This document shows positions 35,601-52,300 of a stretch of 64,000 bases of DNA, piece by piece. The translations under genes and the position numbers were made by a program. The notes below the pieces were generated by a model. That model had not been told where the DNA came from. It was given only the letters and a program-made list of their open reading frames with translations, and did not search any database. The stretch's first letter is position 1; every line of letters begins with the position of its first letter. Source of the DNA: Eledone cirrhosa (Eukaryota); contig OZ024743.1 in NCBI GenBank assembly GCA_964016885.1, positions 7,564,001 through 7,628,000 of the forward strand. Direction: 5' to 3'.

Positions 35601-38600
35601 TAATACTATAATCTACCTCATCTAATACTATAATCTACCTCAACTAACAATATAATCTACTCCATCTAATAATATAATCTACCCCATCTAATACTATAAT
35701 CTAGCACATCTAATACTATAATCTACCCCATCTAATACTATAATCTACCCCATCTAATACTATAATCTACCTCATCTAATAATATAATCTACCTCATCTA
35801 ATACTATAACTACCCCATCAAATACTATAATCTACCTCATCTAATACTATAATCTACCCCATCTAATAATATAATCTACCTCATCTAATACTATAATCTA
35901 CCTCATCTAATACTATAATCTACCTCATATAATACTATAATCTACCTCATCTAATACTATAACCTACCTCATCTAATACTATAATATAACTCATCCAATA
36001 CTATAATCTACTTCATCTAATACTATAATCTACCTCATCTAATACTATAATCTACCTCATCTGATACTATAATCTCCCTCATCTAATACAATAATTTACC
36101 TCATCTAATATTATAATCTACCTCATCTAATACTATAATCTACCTCATCTAATACTATAATCTACCTCATATAATAATATAATCTACCTCATCTAATACT
36201 ATAATCTACCCCATCTAATACTATAATCTACAACATCTAATAATATAATCTACCTCATCTAATACTATAATCTACCTCATCTAATACTATAATCTACCTC
36301 ATCTAACAATATAATCTACCCCATCTAATAATATAATTTCCCCCATCTAATACTATGATCTACCTCATCTAATACTATAATCTACCTCATCTAATACTAT
36401 AATCTACCTCATCTAATACTATAATCTACCTCATCTAATACTATAATATACCTCATATAATACTATAATCTACCTCATCTAATACTATAATCTACCTCAT
36501 CTAATACTATAATCTATTTCATCTAATACTATAATCTACCTAATCTAATACTATAATCTACCTCATCTAATACTATAATCTACCTCATCTAATACTATAA
36601 TCTACCACATCTAATAATATATCTACCCCATCTAATACTATAATCAACCCTATCTAATACTATAATCTACCCTATCTAATACTATAATGTACTTCATCTA
36701 ATACTATAATCTACCACATCTAATATTATAATCTACCTCATCTAATACTATAATCTTCCACATCTAATACTATAATCTACTTCCTCTAATATTATAATCT
36801 ACCCCATCTAATACTATAATCTACCCCATATAATAATATAATCTATGCCATCTAATACTATAATCTACCACATCTAATACTATAATCTATCTCATCTAAT
36901 ACTATAATCTATCTCGTCCAATACTATAATCTACCTCATTTAATAATATAATCTACCCCATCTAATACTATAATCTACCCCATCTAATACTATAATCTAC
37001 CCCATCTAATACTATAATCTACCTAATCTAATACTATAATTTACCTCATCTAATACTATAATCTACCCCATCAAATACTATAATCTACCTCATCTAATAC
37101 TATAACCTACCTCATCTAATACTATAATATACCTCATCTAATACTATAATCTACTTCATCTAATACTATAATCTACCTCATCTAATACTATAATCTACCT
37201 CATCTGATACTATAATCTCACTCATCTAATACTATAATTTACCTCATCTAATACTATAATCTACCTCATCTAATACTATAATCTACCTCATCTAATACTA
37301 TAATCTACAACATCTAATACCATAATCTACCTCATCTAATACTATAATCGAACTCATCTAACACTATAATCTACCCCATCTAATACTATAATCTACCCTA
37401 TCTAATACTATAATGTACTTCATCTAATACTATAATCTACCAAATCTAATATTATAATCTACCTCATCTAATACTATAATCTACCCCAACTAATACTATA
37501 ATCTACCCCATCTAATACTATAATCTAGCTCATCTAATACTATAATCTACCTCATCTAATACTATAATCTACCTCATCTAATACTATAATCTACCTCATA
37601 TAATACTATAATCTACCTCATCTAATACTATAATCTACCTCATCTAATACTATAATCTACCTCATCTAATAATATAATCTCCCCATCTAATACTATAATC
37701 TACCCATATAATAATATAATCTACTTCATCTAATACTACAATCTTCCACATCTCATACTATAATCTACCTCATCTAATACTATAATCTACCTCATCTAAT
37801 ACTATAATCTACCTCATCTAGTATTATAATCTACCCCATCTAATACTATAATCTACCCCATATAATAATATAATCTACATCATCTAATACTATAAGCTAC
37901 CACATCTAATACTATAATCTACCTTATCTAATACTATAATCTACCTCATCTAATACTATAATCTACCTCATCTAATACTATAATCTATCTCATCCAATAC
38001 TATGATCTAACTCATTTAATAATATAATCTACTTCATCTAATACTATAATCTACCTCATCTAATACTATAATCTACCTCATCTAATACTATAATCTACCT
38101 CATCTAATACTATAATCTCCCTCATATAATACTATAATCTACCTCATCTAATACTATAATCTACCTCACCCAATACTACATTTTACCTCATCTAATACTA
38201 TAATCTACCCCATCTAATACTATAATCTACAACATCTAATACTATAATCTACCTCATCTAATACTATGATCTACCTCATCTAATACTATAATCTACCTCA
38301 TCTAACAATATAATCTACCCCATCTAATAATATAATATACCCCATATAATAATATAATCTACGCCATCTAATACTATAATCTACCACATCTAATACTATA
38401 ATCTACCTCATCTAATACTATAATCTACCTCATCTAATACTATAATCTACCTCATCTAATACTATAATCTACTTAATCTAATACTATAATCTTCCACATC
38501 TAATACTATAATCTACCTCATCTAATATTATAATCTACCCCATCTAATACTATAATCTACCCCATCTAATAATATAATGTACCTCAGCTAATATAATCTA

Positions 38601-38679
38601 CCTCATCTAATACTACAATCTACCTCATCTAATACTATAATCTACTCCATCTAATAGTATAATCTAACTCATCTAATAC

Positions 38680-40320
38680 TATATCTACCTCATCTAATAC
38701 TATAATCTACCTCATCTAATACTATAATCTCCCTCATATAATACTATAATCTACCTCATCTAATACTATAATCTACCTCACCCAATACTACATTTTACTT
38801 CATCTAATACTATGATCTAACTCATCTAATACTATAATCTACCTCATCTAACAATATAATCTAGCCCATCTAATAATAATAATCTACCCCATCTAATACT
38901 ATAATCTACCACATCTAATACTATAATCTACCTCATCTAATACTATAATCTACCTCATCTAATACTATAATCTACCTCATCTAATACTATAATCTACCTC
39001 ATCTAATACTATAAATCTACCTCATCTAATACTATAATCGACCTCATCTAACAGTATAATCTACCCCATCTAATACTATAATCTACCCTAATCTAATACT
39101 ATAATGTACTTCATCTAATACTATAATCTACCACATCTAATATAATAATCTACCTCATCTAATACTATAATCTACCCCAACTAATACTATAATCTACCCC
39201 ATCTAATACTATAATCTAGCTCATCTAATACTATAATCTACCTCATCTAAATACCATATAATCTACCTCATCTAATACTATAATCTACCTCATATAATAC
39301 TATAATCTACCTCATCTAATACTATAATCTACCTCATCTAATACTATAATCTACCTCATCTAATAATATAATCTCCCCATCTAATACTATAGATCTACCC
39401 ATATAATAATATAATCTACTTCATCTAATACTACAATCTTCCACATCTAATACTATAATCTACCTCATCTAATACTATTAATCTACCTCATCTAATACTA
39501 TAATCTACCTCATCTAGTATTATAATCTACCCCATCTAATAATATAATCTACATCATCTAATACTATAAATCTACCCTCACCCAATACTACATTTTACTT
39601 CATCTAATACTATAATCTACCTCATCTAATACAATAATCTACCTCATCTAATAATATAATCTCCCATCTAATACTATAATCTACCCATATAATAATATAA
39701 TCTACTCATCTAATACTACAATCTTCCACATCTAATACTATAATCTACCTCATCTATACTATAATGTACTTCATCTAATATAATCTACACATCTAATACT
39801 ATAATCTACCTATCTAATACTATAATCTACCTTATCTAATACTATAATCTACCTCATCTAATACTTATAATATACCTCATCTAATACTACCTCATATAAT
39901 ACTACCCCATCTAATACTATAATATACCTCATCTAATATATAATCTACCTCATCTAATACTATAATCACCTCATCTAATACTATAATCTACCTCATCTTA
40001 TACTATAATCTCCCTCATCTAATACTATAATTACTCATCTAATACTATAAATTACCTCATCTATCAATATAATCTACACAACAAATAATATAATGTACTC
40101 CATCTAATACTATAATCTCCCCCATCTAATACCTATAATCTACCTCATCTAATACTATAATCTACCTCATCTAATACTATAATCTACCTCATCTAATACT
40201 ATAATCTACCACATCTAATATTATAATCTACCTCATCTAATACTATAATCTACCCCAACTAATACTATAATCTACCCCATCTAATACTATAATCTACCTC
40301 ATCTAATACTATATCTACCT
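38680..40320. other. Indel-rich segment of the array, probably a low-quality consensus or assembly join
   Basis: Dense private 1-3 bp indels (e.g. ATAAATCTAC 39011, ATACCATATA 39251, AGATCTACCC 39391, ATACTTATAA 39861, ACCTATAATC 40131) are absent from the collinear paralogous copies at ~56.6-57.7 kb and ~46.7-47.3 kb. Confidence 0.7.
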
Positions 40321-43300
40321 CATCTAATATTATAATCTACTTCATGTAATACTATAATCTTCCACATCTAATACTATAATCTACCTCATCTAATATTATA
40401 ATCTACCCCATCTAATACTATAATCAACCCCATCTAATACTATAATCTAGCTCATCTAATACTATAATCTACCTCATCTAATACTATAATCTACATCATC
40501 TAATACTACAATCTTCCACATCTAATACTATAATCTACCTCATCTAATATTATAATCTACCCCATCTAATACTATAATCTACCCCATATAATAATATAAT
40601 CTACGCCATCTAATACTATAATCTACCACATCTAATACTATAATCTACCTCATCTAATATTATAATCTACCTCATCTAATATTATAATCTACCTCATCTA
40701 ATACTATAATCTATCTCATCCAATACTATGATCTACCTCATTTAATAATATAATCTACTTTATCTAATACTATAATCTACCTCATCTAATACTATAATCT
40801 ACCTCATCTAATACTATAATCTATGTCATATAATACTATAATCTACCCCATCTAATACTATAATCTACCTCACCCAATACTATGATTTACCTCATCTAAT
40901 ACTATAATCTACCCCATCTAATACTATAATCTACAACATCTAATACTATAATCTACCTCATCTAATACTATGATCTAACTCATCTAATACTATAATCTAC
41001 CTCATCTAACAATATAATCTAGCCCATCTAATAATATAATCTACCCCATCTAATACTATAATCTACCTCATCTAATACTATAATCTACCTCATCTAATAC
41101 TATAATCTACCTCATCTAATACTATAATCTACCTCATCTAATACTATAATCTACCTCATCTAATACTATAATCTACCTCATCTAATACTATAATATACCT
41201 CATCTAATAATATAATCTACCCCATCTAATACTATAATCTACTCCATCTAATACTATAATCTCCCCCATCTAATACTATAATCTACCTCATCTAATACTA
41301 TAATCTACCTCATCAAATACTATAATCTACCTCATCTAATACTATAATCTACCTCATCTAATACTATAATCTACCTCATCTAATACTATAATCTACCTCA
41401 TCTAATACTATAATCTACCTCATCTAATACTACAATTTACCTCAACTAATACTATAATCTACCCCATCAAATACTATAATCTACCTCATCTAATACTATA
41501 ATCTACCCCATCTAATACTATAATCTATCTCTTCTAATACTATAATCTACCCCATCTAATACTATAATCTACCTCATCTAATACTATAATATACCTCATC
41601 TAATACTATAATCTACCCCATCTAATACTATAATCTACCTCATGTAATACTATAATCTACCTCATCTAATACTATAATCTACCCCATCAAATACTATAAT
41701 CTACCTCATCTAATACTATAATCTACACCATCAAATACTATAATCTACCCCATCTAATACTATAATCTACCCCATCTAATACTATAATCAGCACATCTAA
41801 TACTATAATCTATCTCATCTAATACTATAATCTACCTCATCTAATACTATAATATACCTCATCTAATAATATAATCTACCCCATCTAATACTATAATCTA
41901 CCCCATCTTATACTATAATCTACCTCATCTAATACTATAATCTACCTCATCTAATACTATAATCTACCCCATCTAATACTATAATATACCTCATCTAATA
42001 CTATAATCTACCCCATCTAATACTATAATATACCTCATCTAATACTATAATCTACCCCATCTAATACTATAATATACCTCATCTAATACTATAATCTACA
42101 CCATCTAATACTATAATCTACCTCATCTAATACTATAATCTACCCCAACTAATACTATAATCTACCTCATCTAATACTATAATCTACCTCATCTTCAACT
42201 ATAATCTAACCCATTTAATACTATAATCTACCCCATCTAATACTATAATCTACCTCATCTAATATATTCTACCTCATCTAATACTATAATCTACCTCATC
42301 TAATATTACAACTACCTTATCTAATACTATAATCTACCCCATCTAATACTATAATCTACCTCATCTAATATAATCTATCTCATCTAATACTATAATCTAC
42401 CTCATCTAATACAATAATGTACATCATCTAATAATATAATCTAACCTATCTGATACTATAATCTACCCCATCTAATACTATAATCTACCCCATCTAATAC
42501 TATAAGCTACCTCATGTAATACTATAATCTACCCCATCTAATACTATAATCTACCACATCTAATACTATAATCTACCTCATCTAATACTATAATCTACCT
42601 CATCTAATACTATAATCTACCTCATCTAATACTATAATCTATCTCATCCAATACTCTGATCTAACTCATTTAATACTATAATCTACAACATCTAATATTA
42701 TCATCTACCTCATCTAATACTATAATCTACCTCATCTAACAATATAATCTACCCCATCTAATAATATAATATACCCCATATAATAATATAATCTACGCCA
42801 TCTAATACTATAATCTACCACATCTAATACTATAATCTACCTCATCTAATACTATAATCTACATCATCTAATACTATAATCTACCTCATCTAATACTATA
42901 ATCTACTTAATCTAATACTATAATCTACCACATCTAATACTATAATCTACCTCATCCAATATTATAATCTACCCCAACTAATACTATAATCTACCCCATC
43001 TAATAATATAATGTACCTCATCTAATATAATCTACCTCATCTAATACTACAATCTACCTCATCTAATACTATAATCTACCTCATCTAATACTATAATCTA
43101 CTTCATCTAATAATATAATCTACCTCATCTAATAATATAATCTACTCCATCTAATACTATAATCTACCCTATCTAATACTATAATCTACCTCATCTAATA
43201 CTATAATCTACGCCATCTAATAATATAATCTACCCCATCTAATAATATAATCTACCCCATCTAATACTATAATCTACCCCTCCTACTACTATAATCTAAC

Positions 43301-46300
43301 TCATCTAATACAATAATCTACTTCATGTAATACTATAATCTTCCACATCTAATACTATAATCTACCTCAACTAACAATATAATCTACCCCATCTAATACT
43401 ATAATCTACCTCATCTAATACTATAATCTACCACATCTAATACTATTATCTACCCCATCTAATACTATAATCTACCCCATCTAATACTATAATGTACCTC
43501 ATCTAATATAATCTACCTCATCAAATACTATAATCTACCTCATCTAATATTACAACTACCTTATCTAATACTATAATCTACCCCATCTAATACTATAATC
43601 TACCTCATCTAATATAATCTATCAAATCTAATACTATAATCTACCTCATCTAATACTATAATGTACATCATGTAATAATATAATCTACCCCATCTGATAA
43701 TATAATCTACCCCATCTAATACTATAATCTACCCCATCTAATACTATAATCTACCACATCTAATACTATAATCTACCTCATCTAATACTATAATCTACCT
43801 CATCTAATACTATAATCTACCTCATCTAATACTTAATCTATCTCATCCAATACTATGATCTAACTCATTTAATAATATAATCTATTTCATCTAATACTAT
43901 AATCTACCTCATCTAATACTATAATCTATCTCACCCAATACTATATTTTACCTCATCTAATACTATAATCTACCCCATCTAATACTATAATCTATGTCAT
44001 ATAGTACTATAATCTACCCCATCTAATACTATAATCTACCTCACCCAATACTATGATTTACCTCATCTAATACTATAATCTACCCCATCTAATACTATAA
44101 TCTACAACATCTAATACTATAATCTACCTCATCTAATACTATGATCTAACTCATCTAATACTATAATCTACCTCATCTAACAATATAATCTAGCCCATCT
44201 AATAATATAATCTACCCCATCTAATACTATAATCTACCTCATCTAATACTATAATCTACCTCATCTAATACTATAATCTACCTCATCTAATACTATAATC
44301 TACCTCATCTAATACTATAATCTACCTCATCTAATACTATAATCTACCTCATCTAATACTATAATATACCTCATCTAATAATATAATCTACCCCATCTAA
44401 TACTATAATCTACTCCATCTAATACTATAATCTCCCCATCTAATACTATAATCTACCTCATCTAATACTATAATCTACCTCATCAAATACTATAATCTAC
44501 CTCATCTAATACTATAATCTACCTCATCTAATACTATAATCTACCTCATCTAATACTATAATCTACCTCATCTAATACTATAATCTACCTCATCTAATAC
44601 TACAATTTACCTCAACTAATACTATAATCTACCCCATCAAATACTATAATCTACCTCATCTAATACTATAATCTACCCCATCTAATACTATAATCTATCT
44701 CTTCTAATACTATAATCTACCCCATCTAATACTATAATCTACCTCATCTAATACTATAATATACCTCATCTAATACTATAATCTACCCCATCTAATACTA
44801 TAATCTACCTCATCTAATACTATAATCTACCTCATCTAATACTATAATCTACCCCATCAAATACTATAATCTACCTCATCTAATACTATAATCTACACCA
44901 TCAAATACTATAATCTACCCCATCTAATACTATAATCTACCCCATCTAATACTATAATCAGCACATCTAATACTATAATCTATCTCATCTAATACTATAA
45001 TCTACCTCATCTAATACTATAATATACCTCATCTAATAATATAATCTACCCCATCTAATACTATAATCTACCCCATCTTATACTATAATCTACCTCATCT
45101 AATACTATAATCTACCTCATCTAATACTATAATCTACCTCATCTAATACTATAATATACCTCATCTAATACTATAATCTACCCCATCTAATACTATAATA
45201 TACCTCATCTAATACTATAATCTACCCCATCTAATACTATAATATACCTCATCTAATACTATAATCTACACCATCTAATACTATAATCTACCTCATCTAA
45301 TACTATAATCTACCCCAACTAATACTATAATCTACCTCATCTAATACTATAATCTACCTCATCTTCAACTATAATCTAACCCATTTAATACTATAATCTA
45401 CCCCATCTAATACTATAATCTACCTCATCTAATATATTCTACCTCATCTAATACTATAATCTACCTCATCTAATATTACAACTACCTTATCTAATACTAT
45501 AATCTACCCCATCTAATACTATAATCTACCTCATCTAATATAATCTATCTCATCTAATACTATAATCTACCTCATCTAATACAATAATGTACATCATCTA
45601 ATAATATAATCTAACCTATCTGATACTATAATCTACCACATCTAATACTATAATCTACCTCATCTAATACTATAATCTACATCATCTAATACTATAATCT
45701 ACCTCATCTAATACTATAATCTACTTAATCTAATACTATAATCTACCACATCTAATACTATAATCTACCTCATCCAATATTATAATCTACCCCAACTAAT
45801 ACTATAATCTACCCCATCTAATAATATAATGTACCTCATCTAATATAATCTACCTCATCTAATACTACAATCTACCTCATCTAATACTATAATCTACCTC
45901 ATCTAATACTATAATCTACCTCATCTAATACTATAATCTACTCCATCTAATACTATAATCTACCTCATCTAATAATATAATCTACTCCATCTAATACTAT
46001 AATCTACCTCATCTAATAATATAATCTACTCCATCTAATACTATAAACTACCTCATCTAATACTATAATCTACGCCATCTAATAATATAATCTACCCCAT
46101 CTAATAATATAATCTACCACAGCTAATACTATAATCTACCACATCTAATACTATAATCTACCCCATCTAATACTATAATCTACCCCTCCTACTACTATAA
46201 TCTAACTCATCTAATACAATAATCTACTTCATGTAATACTATAATCTTCCACATCTAATACTATAATCTACCTCAACTAACAATATAATCTACCCCATCT

Positions 46301-49300
46301 AATACTATAATCTACCTCATCTAATACTATAATCTACCACATCTAATACTATTATCTACCCCATCTAATACTATAATCTACCCCATCTAATACTATAATG
46401 TACCTCATCTAATATAATCTACCTCATCAAATACTATAATCTACCTCATCTAATATTACAACTACCTTATCTAATACTATAATCTACCCCATCTAATACT
46501 ATAATCTACCTCATCTAATATAATCTATCAAATCTAATACTATAATCTACCTCATCTAATACTATAATGTACATCATGTAATAATATAATCTACCCCATC
46601 TGATAATATAATCTACCCCATCTAATACTATAATCTACCCCATCTAATACTATAATCTACCACATCTAATACTATAATCTACCTCATCTAATACTATAAT
46701 CTACCTCATCTAATACTATAATGTACTTCATCTAATATAATCTACCACATCTAATACTATAATCTACCTTATCTAATACTATAATCTACCTTATCTAATA
46801 CTATAATCTACCTCATCTAATACTATAATATACCTCATCTAATACTACCTCATATAATACTACCCCATCTAATACTATAATATACCTCATCTAATACTAT
46901 AATCTACCTCATCTAATACTATAATCTACCTCATCTAATACTATAATCTACCTCATCTTATACTATAATCTCCCTCATCTAATACTATAATTTACCTCAT
47001 CTAATACTATAAATTACCTCATCTAACAATATAATCTACACAATCAAATAATATAATGTACTCCATCTAATACTATAATCTCCCCCATCTAATACTATAA
47101 TCTACCTCATCTAATACTATAATCTACCTCATCTAATACTATAATCTACCTCATCTAATACTATAATCTACCACATCTAATATTATAATCTACCTCATCT
47201 AATACTATAATCTACCCCAACTAATACTATAATCTACCCCATCTAATACTATAATCTACCTCATCTAATACTATAATCTACCTCATCTAATATTATAATC
47301 TACTTCATGTAATACTATAATCTTCCACATCTAATACTATAATCTACCTCATCTAATATTATAATCTACCCCATCTAATACTATAATCAACCCCATCTAA
47401 TACTATAATCTAGCTCATCTAATACTATAATCTACCTCATCTAATACTATAATCTACATCATCTAATACTACAATCTTCCACATCTAATACTATAATCTA
47501 CCTCATCTAATATTATAATCTACCCCATCTAATACTATAATCTACCCCATATAATAATATAATCTACGCCATCTAATACTATAATCTACCACATCTAATA
47601 CTATAATCTACCTCATCTAATATTATAATCTACCTCATCTAATATTATAATCTACCTCATCTAATACTATAATCTATCTCATCCAATACTATGATCTACC
47701 TCATTTAATAATATAATCTACTTTATCTAATACTATAATCTACCTCATCTAATACTATAATCTACCTCATCTAATACTATAATCTATGTCATATAATACT
47801 ATAATCTACCCCATCTAATACTATAATCTACCTCACCCAATACTATGATTTACCTCATCTAATACTATAATCTACCCCATCTAATACTATAATCTACAAC
47901 ATCTAATACTATAATCTACCTCATCTAATACTATGATCTAACTCATCTAATACTATAATCTACCTCATCTAACAATATAATCTAGCCCATCTAATAATAT
48001 AATCTACCCCATCTAATACTATAATCTACCTCATCTAATACTATAATCTACCTCATCTAATACTATAATCTACCTCATCTAATACTATAATCTACCTCAT
48101 CTAATACTATAATCTACCTCATCTAATACTATAATCTACCTCATCTAATACTATAATATACCTCATCTAATAATATAATCTACCCCATCTAATACTATAA
48201 TCTACTCCATCTAATACTATAATCTCCCCCATCTAATACTATAATCTACCTCATCTAATACTATAATCTACCTCATCAAATACTATAATCTACCTCATCT
48301 AATACTATAATCTACCTCATCTAATACTATAATCTACCTCATCTAATACTATAATCTACCTCATCTAATACTATAATCTACCTCATCTAATACTACAATT
48401 TACCTCAACTAATACTATAATCTACCCCATCAAATACTATAATCTACCTCATCTAATACTATAATCTACCCCATCTAATACTATAATCTATCTCTTCTAA
48501 TACTATAATCTACCCCATCTAATACTATAATCTACCTCATCTAATACTATAATATACCTCATCTAATACTATAATCTACCCCATCTAATACTATAATCTA
48601 CCTCATGTAATACTATAATCTACCTCATCTAATACTATAATCTACCCCATCAAATACTATAATCTACCTCATCTAATACTATAATCTACACCATCAAATA
48701 CTATAATCTACCCCATCTAATACTATAATCTACCCCATCTAATACTATAATCAGCACATCTAATACTATAATCTATCTCATCTAATACTATAATCTACCT
48801 CATCTAATACTATAATATACCTCATCTAATAATATAATCTACCCCATCTAATACTATAATCTACCCCATCTTATACTATAATCTACCTCATCTAATACTA
48901 TAATCTACCTCATCTAATACTATAATCTACCCCATCTAATACTATAATATACCTCATCTAATACTATAATCTACCCCATCTAATACTATAATATACCTCA
49001 TCTAATACTATAATCTACCCCATCTAATACTATAATATACCTCATCTAATACTATAATCTACACCATCTAATACTATAATCTACCTCATCTAATACTATA
49101 ATCTACCCCAACTAATACTATAATCTACCTCATCTAATACTATAATCTACCTCATCTTCAACTATAATCTAACCCATTTAATACTATAATCTACCCCATC
49201 TAATACTATAATCTACCTCATCTAATATATTCTACCTCATCTAATACTATAATCTACCTCATCTAATATTACAACTACCTTATCTAATACTATAATCTAC

Positions 49301-52300
49301 CCCATCTAATACTATAATCTACCTCATCTAATATAATCTATCTCATCTAATACTATAATCTACCTCATCTAATACAATAATGTACATCATCTAATAATAT
49401 AATCTAACCTATCTGATACTATAATCTACCCCATCTAATACTATAATCTACCCCATCTAATACTATAAGCTACCTCATGTAATACTATAATCTACCCCAT
49501 CTAATACTATAATCTACCACATCTAATACTATAATCTACCTCATCTAATACTATAATCTACCTCATCTAATACTATAATCTACCTCATCTAATACTATAA
49601 TCTATCTCATCCAATACTCTGATCTAACTCATTTAATACTATAATCTACAACATCTAATATTATCATCTACCTCATCTAATACTATAATCTACCTCATCT
49701 AACAATATAATCTACCCCATCTAATAATATAATATACCCCATATAATAATATAATCTACGCCATCTAATACTATAATCTACCACATCTAATACTATAATC
49801 TACCTCATCTAATACTATAATCTACATCATCTAATACTATAATCTACCTCATCTAATACTATAATCTACTTAATCTAATACTATAATCTACCACATCTAA
49901 TACTATAATCTACCTCATCCAATATTATAATCTACCCCAACTAATACTATAATCTACCCCATCTAATAATATAATGTACCTCATCTAATATAATCTACCT
50001 CATCTAATACTACAATCTACCTCATCTAATACTATAATCTACCTCATCTAATACTATAATCTACTTCATCTAATAATATAATCTACCTCATCTAATAATA
50101 TAATCTACTCCATCTAATACTATAATCTACCCTATCTAATACTATAATCTACCTCATCTAATACTATAATCTACGCCATCTAATAATATAATCTACCCCA
50201 TCTAATAATATAATCTACCCCATCTAATACTATAATCTACCCCTCCTACTACTATAATCTAACTCATCTAATACAATAATCTACTTCATGTAATACTATA
50301 ATCTTCCACATCTAATACTATAATCTACCTCAACTAACAATATAATCTACCCCATCTAATACTATAATCTACCTCATCTAATACTATAATCTACCACATC
50401 TAATACTATTATCTACCCCATCTAATACTATAATCTACCCCATCTAATACTATAATGTACCTCATCTAATATAATCTACCTCATCAAATACTATAATCTA
50501 CCTCATCTAATATTACAACTACCTTATCTAATACTATAATCTACCCCATCTAATACTATAATCTACCTCATCTAATATAATCTATCAAATCTAATACTAT
50601 AATCTACCTCATCTAATACTATAATGTACATCATGTAATAATATAATCTACCCCATCTGATAATATAATCTACCCCATCTAATACTATAATCTACCCCAT
50701 CTAATACTATAATCTACCACATCTAATACTATAATCTACCTCATCTAATACTATAATCTACCTCATCTAATACTATAATCTACCTCATCTAATACTTAAT
50801 CTATCTCATCCAATACTATGATCTAACTCATTTAATAATATAATCTATTTCATCTAATACTATAATCTACCTCATCTAATACTATAATCTATCTCACCCA
50901 ATACTATATTTTACCTCATCTAATACTATAATCTACCCCATCTAATACTATAATCTATGTCATATAGTACTATAATCTACCCCATCTAATACTATAATCT
51001 ACCTCACCCAATACTATGATTTACCTCATCTAATACTATAATCTACCCCATCTAATACTATAATCTACAACATCTAATACTATAATCTACCTCATCTAAT
51101 ACTATGATCTAACTCATCTAATACTATAATCTACCTCATCTAACAATATAATCTAGCCCATCTAATAATATAATCTACCCCATCTAATACTATAATCTAC
51201 CTCATCTAATACTATAATCTACCTCATCTAATACTATAATCTACCTCATCTAATACTATAATCTACCTCATCTAATACTATAATCTACCTCATCTAATAC
51301 TATAATCTACCTCATCTAATACTATAATATACCTCATCTAATAATATAATCTACCCCATCTAATACTATAATCTACTCCATCTAATACTATAATCTCCCC
51401 ATCTAATACTATAATCTACCTCATCTAATACTATAATCTACCTCATCAAATACTATAATCTACCTCATCTAATACTATAATCTACCTCATCTAATACTAT
51501 AATCTACCTCATCTAATACTATAATCTACCTCATCTAATACTATAATCTACCTCATCTAATACTACAATTTACCTCAACTAATACTATAATCTACCCCAT
51601 CAAATACTATAATCTACCTCATCTAATACTATAATCTACCCCATCTAATACTATAATCTATCTCTTCTAATACTATAATCTACCCCATCTAATACTATAA
51701 TCTACCTCATCTAATACTATAATATACCTCATCTAATACTATAATCTACCCCATCTAATACTATAATCTACCTCATCTAATACTATAATCTACCTCATCT
51801 AATACTATAATCTACCCCATCAAATACTATAATCTACCTCATCTAATACTATAATCTACACCATCAAATACTATAATCTACCCCATCTAATACTATAATC
51901 TACCCCATCTAATACTATAATCAGCACATCTAATACTATAATCTATCTCATCTAATACTATAATCTACCTCATCTAATACTATAATATACCTCATCTAAT
52001 AATATAATCTACCCCATCTAATACTATAATCTACCCCATCTTATACTATAATCTACCTCATCTAATACTATAATCTACCTCATCTAATACTATAATCTAC
52101 CTCATCTAATACTATAATATACCTCATCTAATACTATAATCTACCCCATCTAATACTATAATATACCTCATCTAATACTATAATCTACCCCATCTAATAC
52201 TATAATATACCTCATCTAATACTATAATCTACACCATCTAATACTATAATCTACCTCATCTAATACTATAATCTACCCCAACTAATACTATAATCTACCT

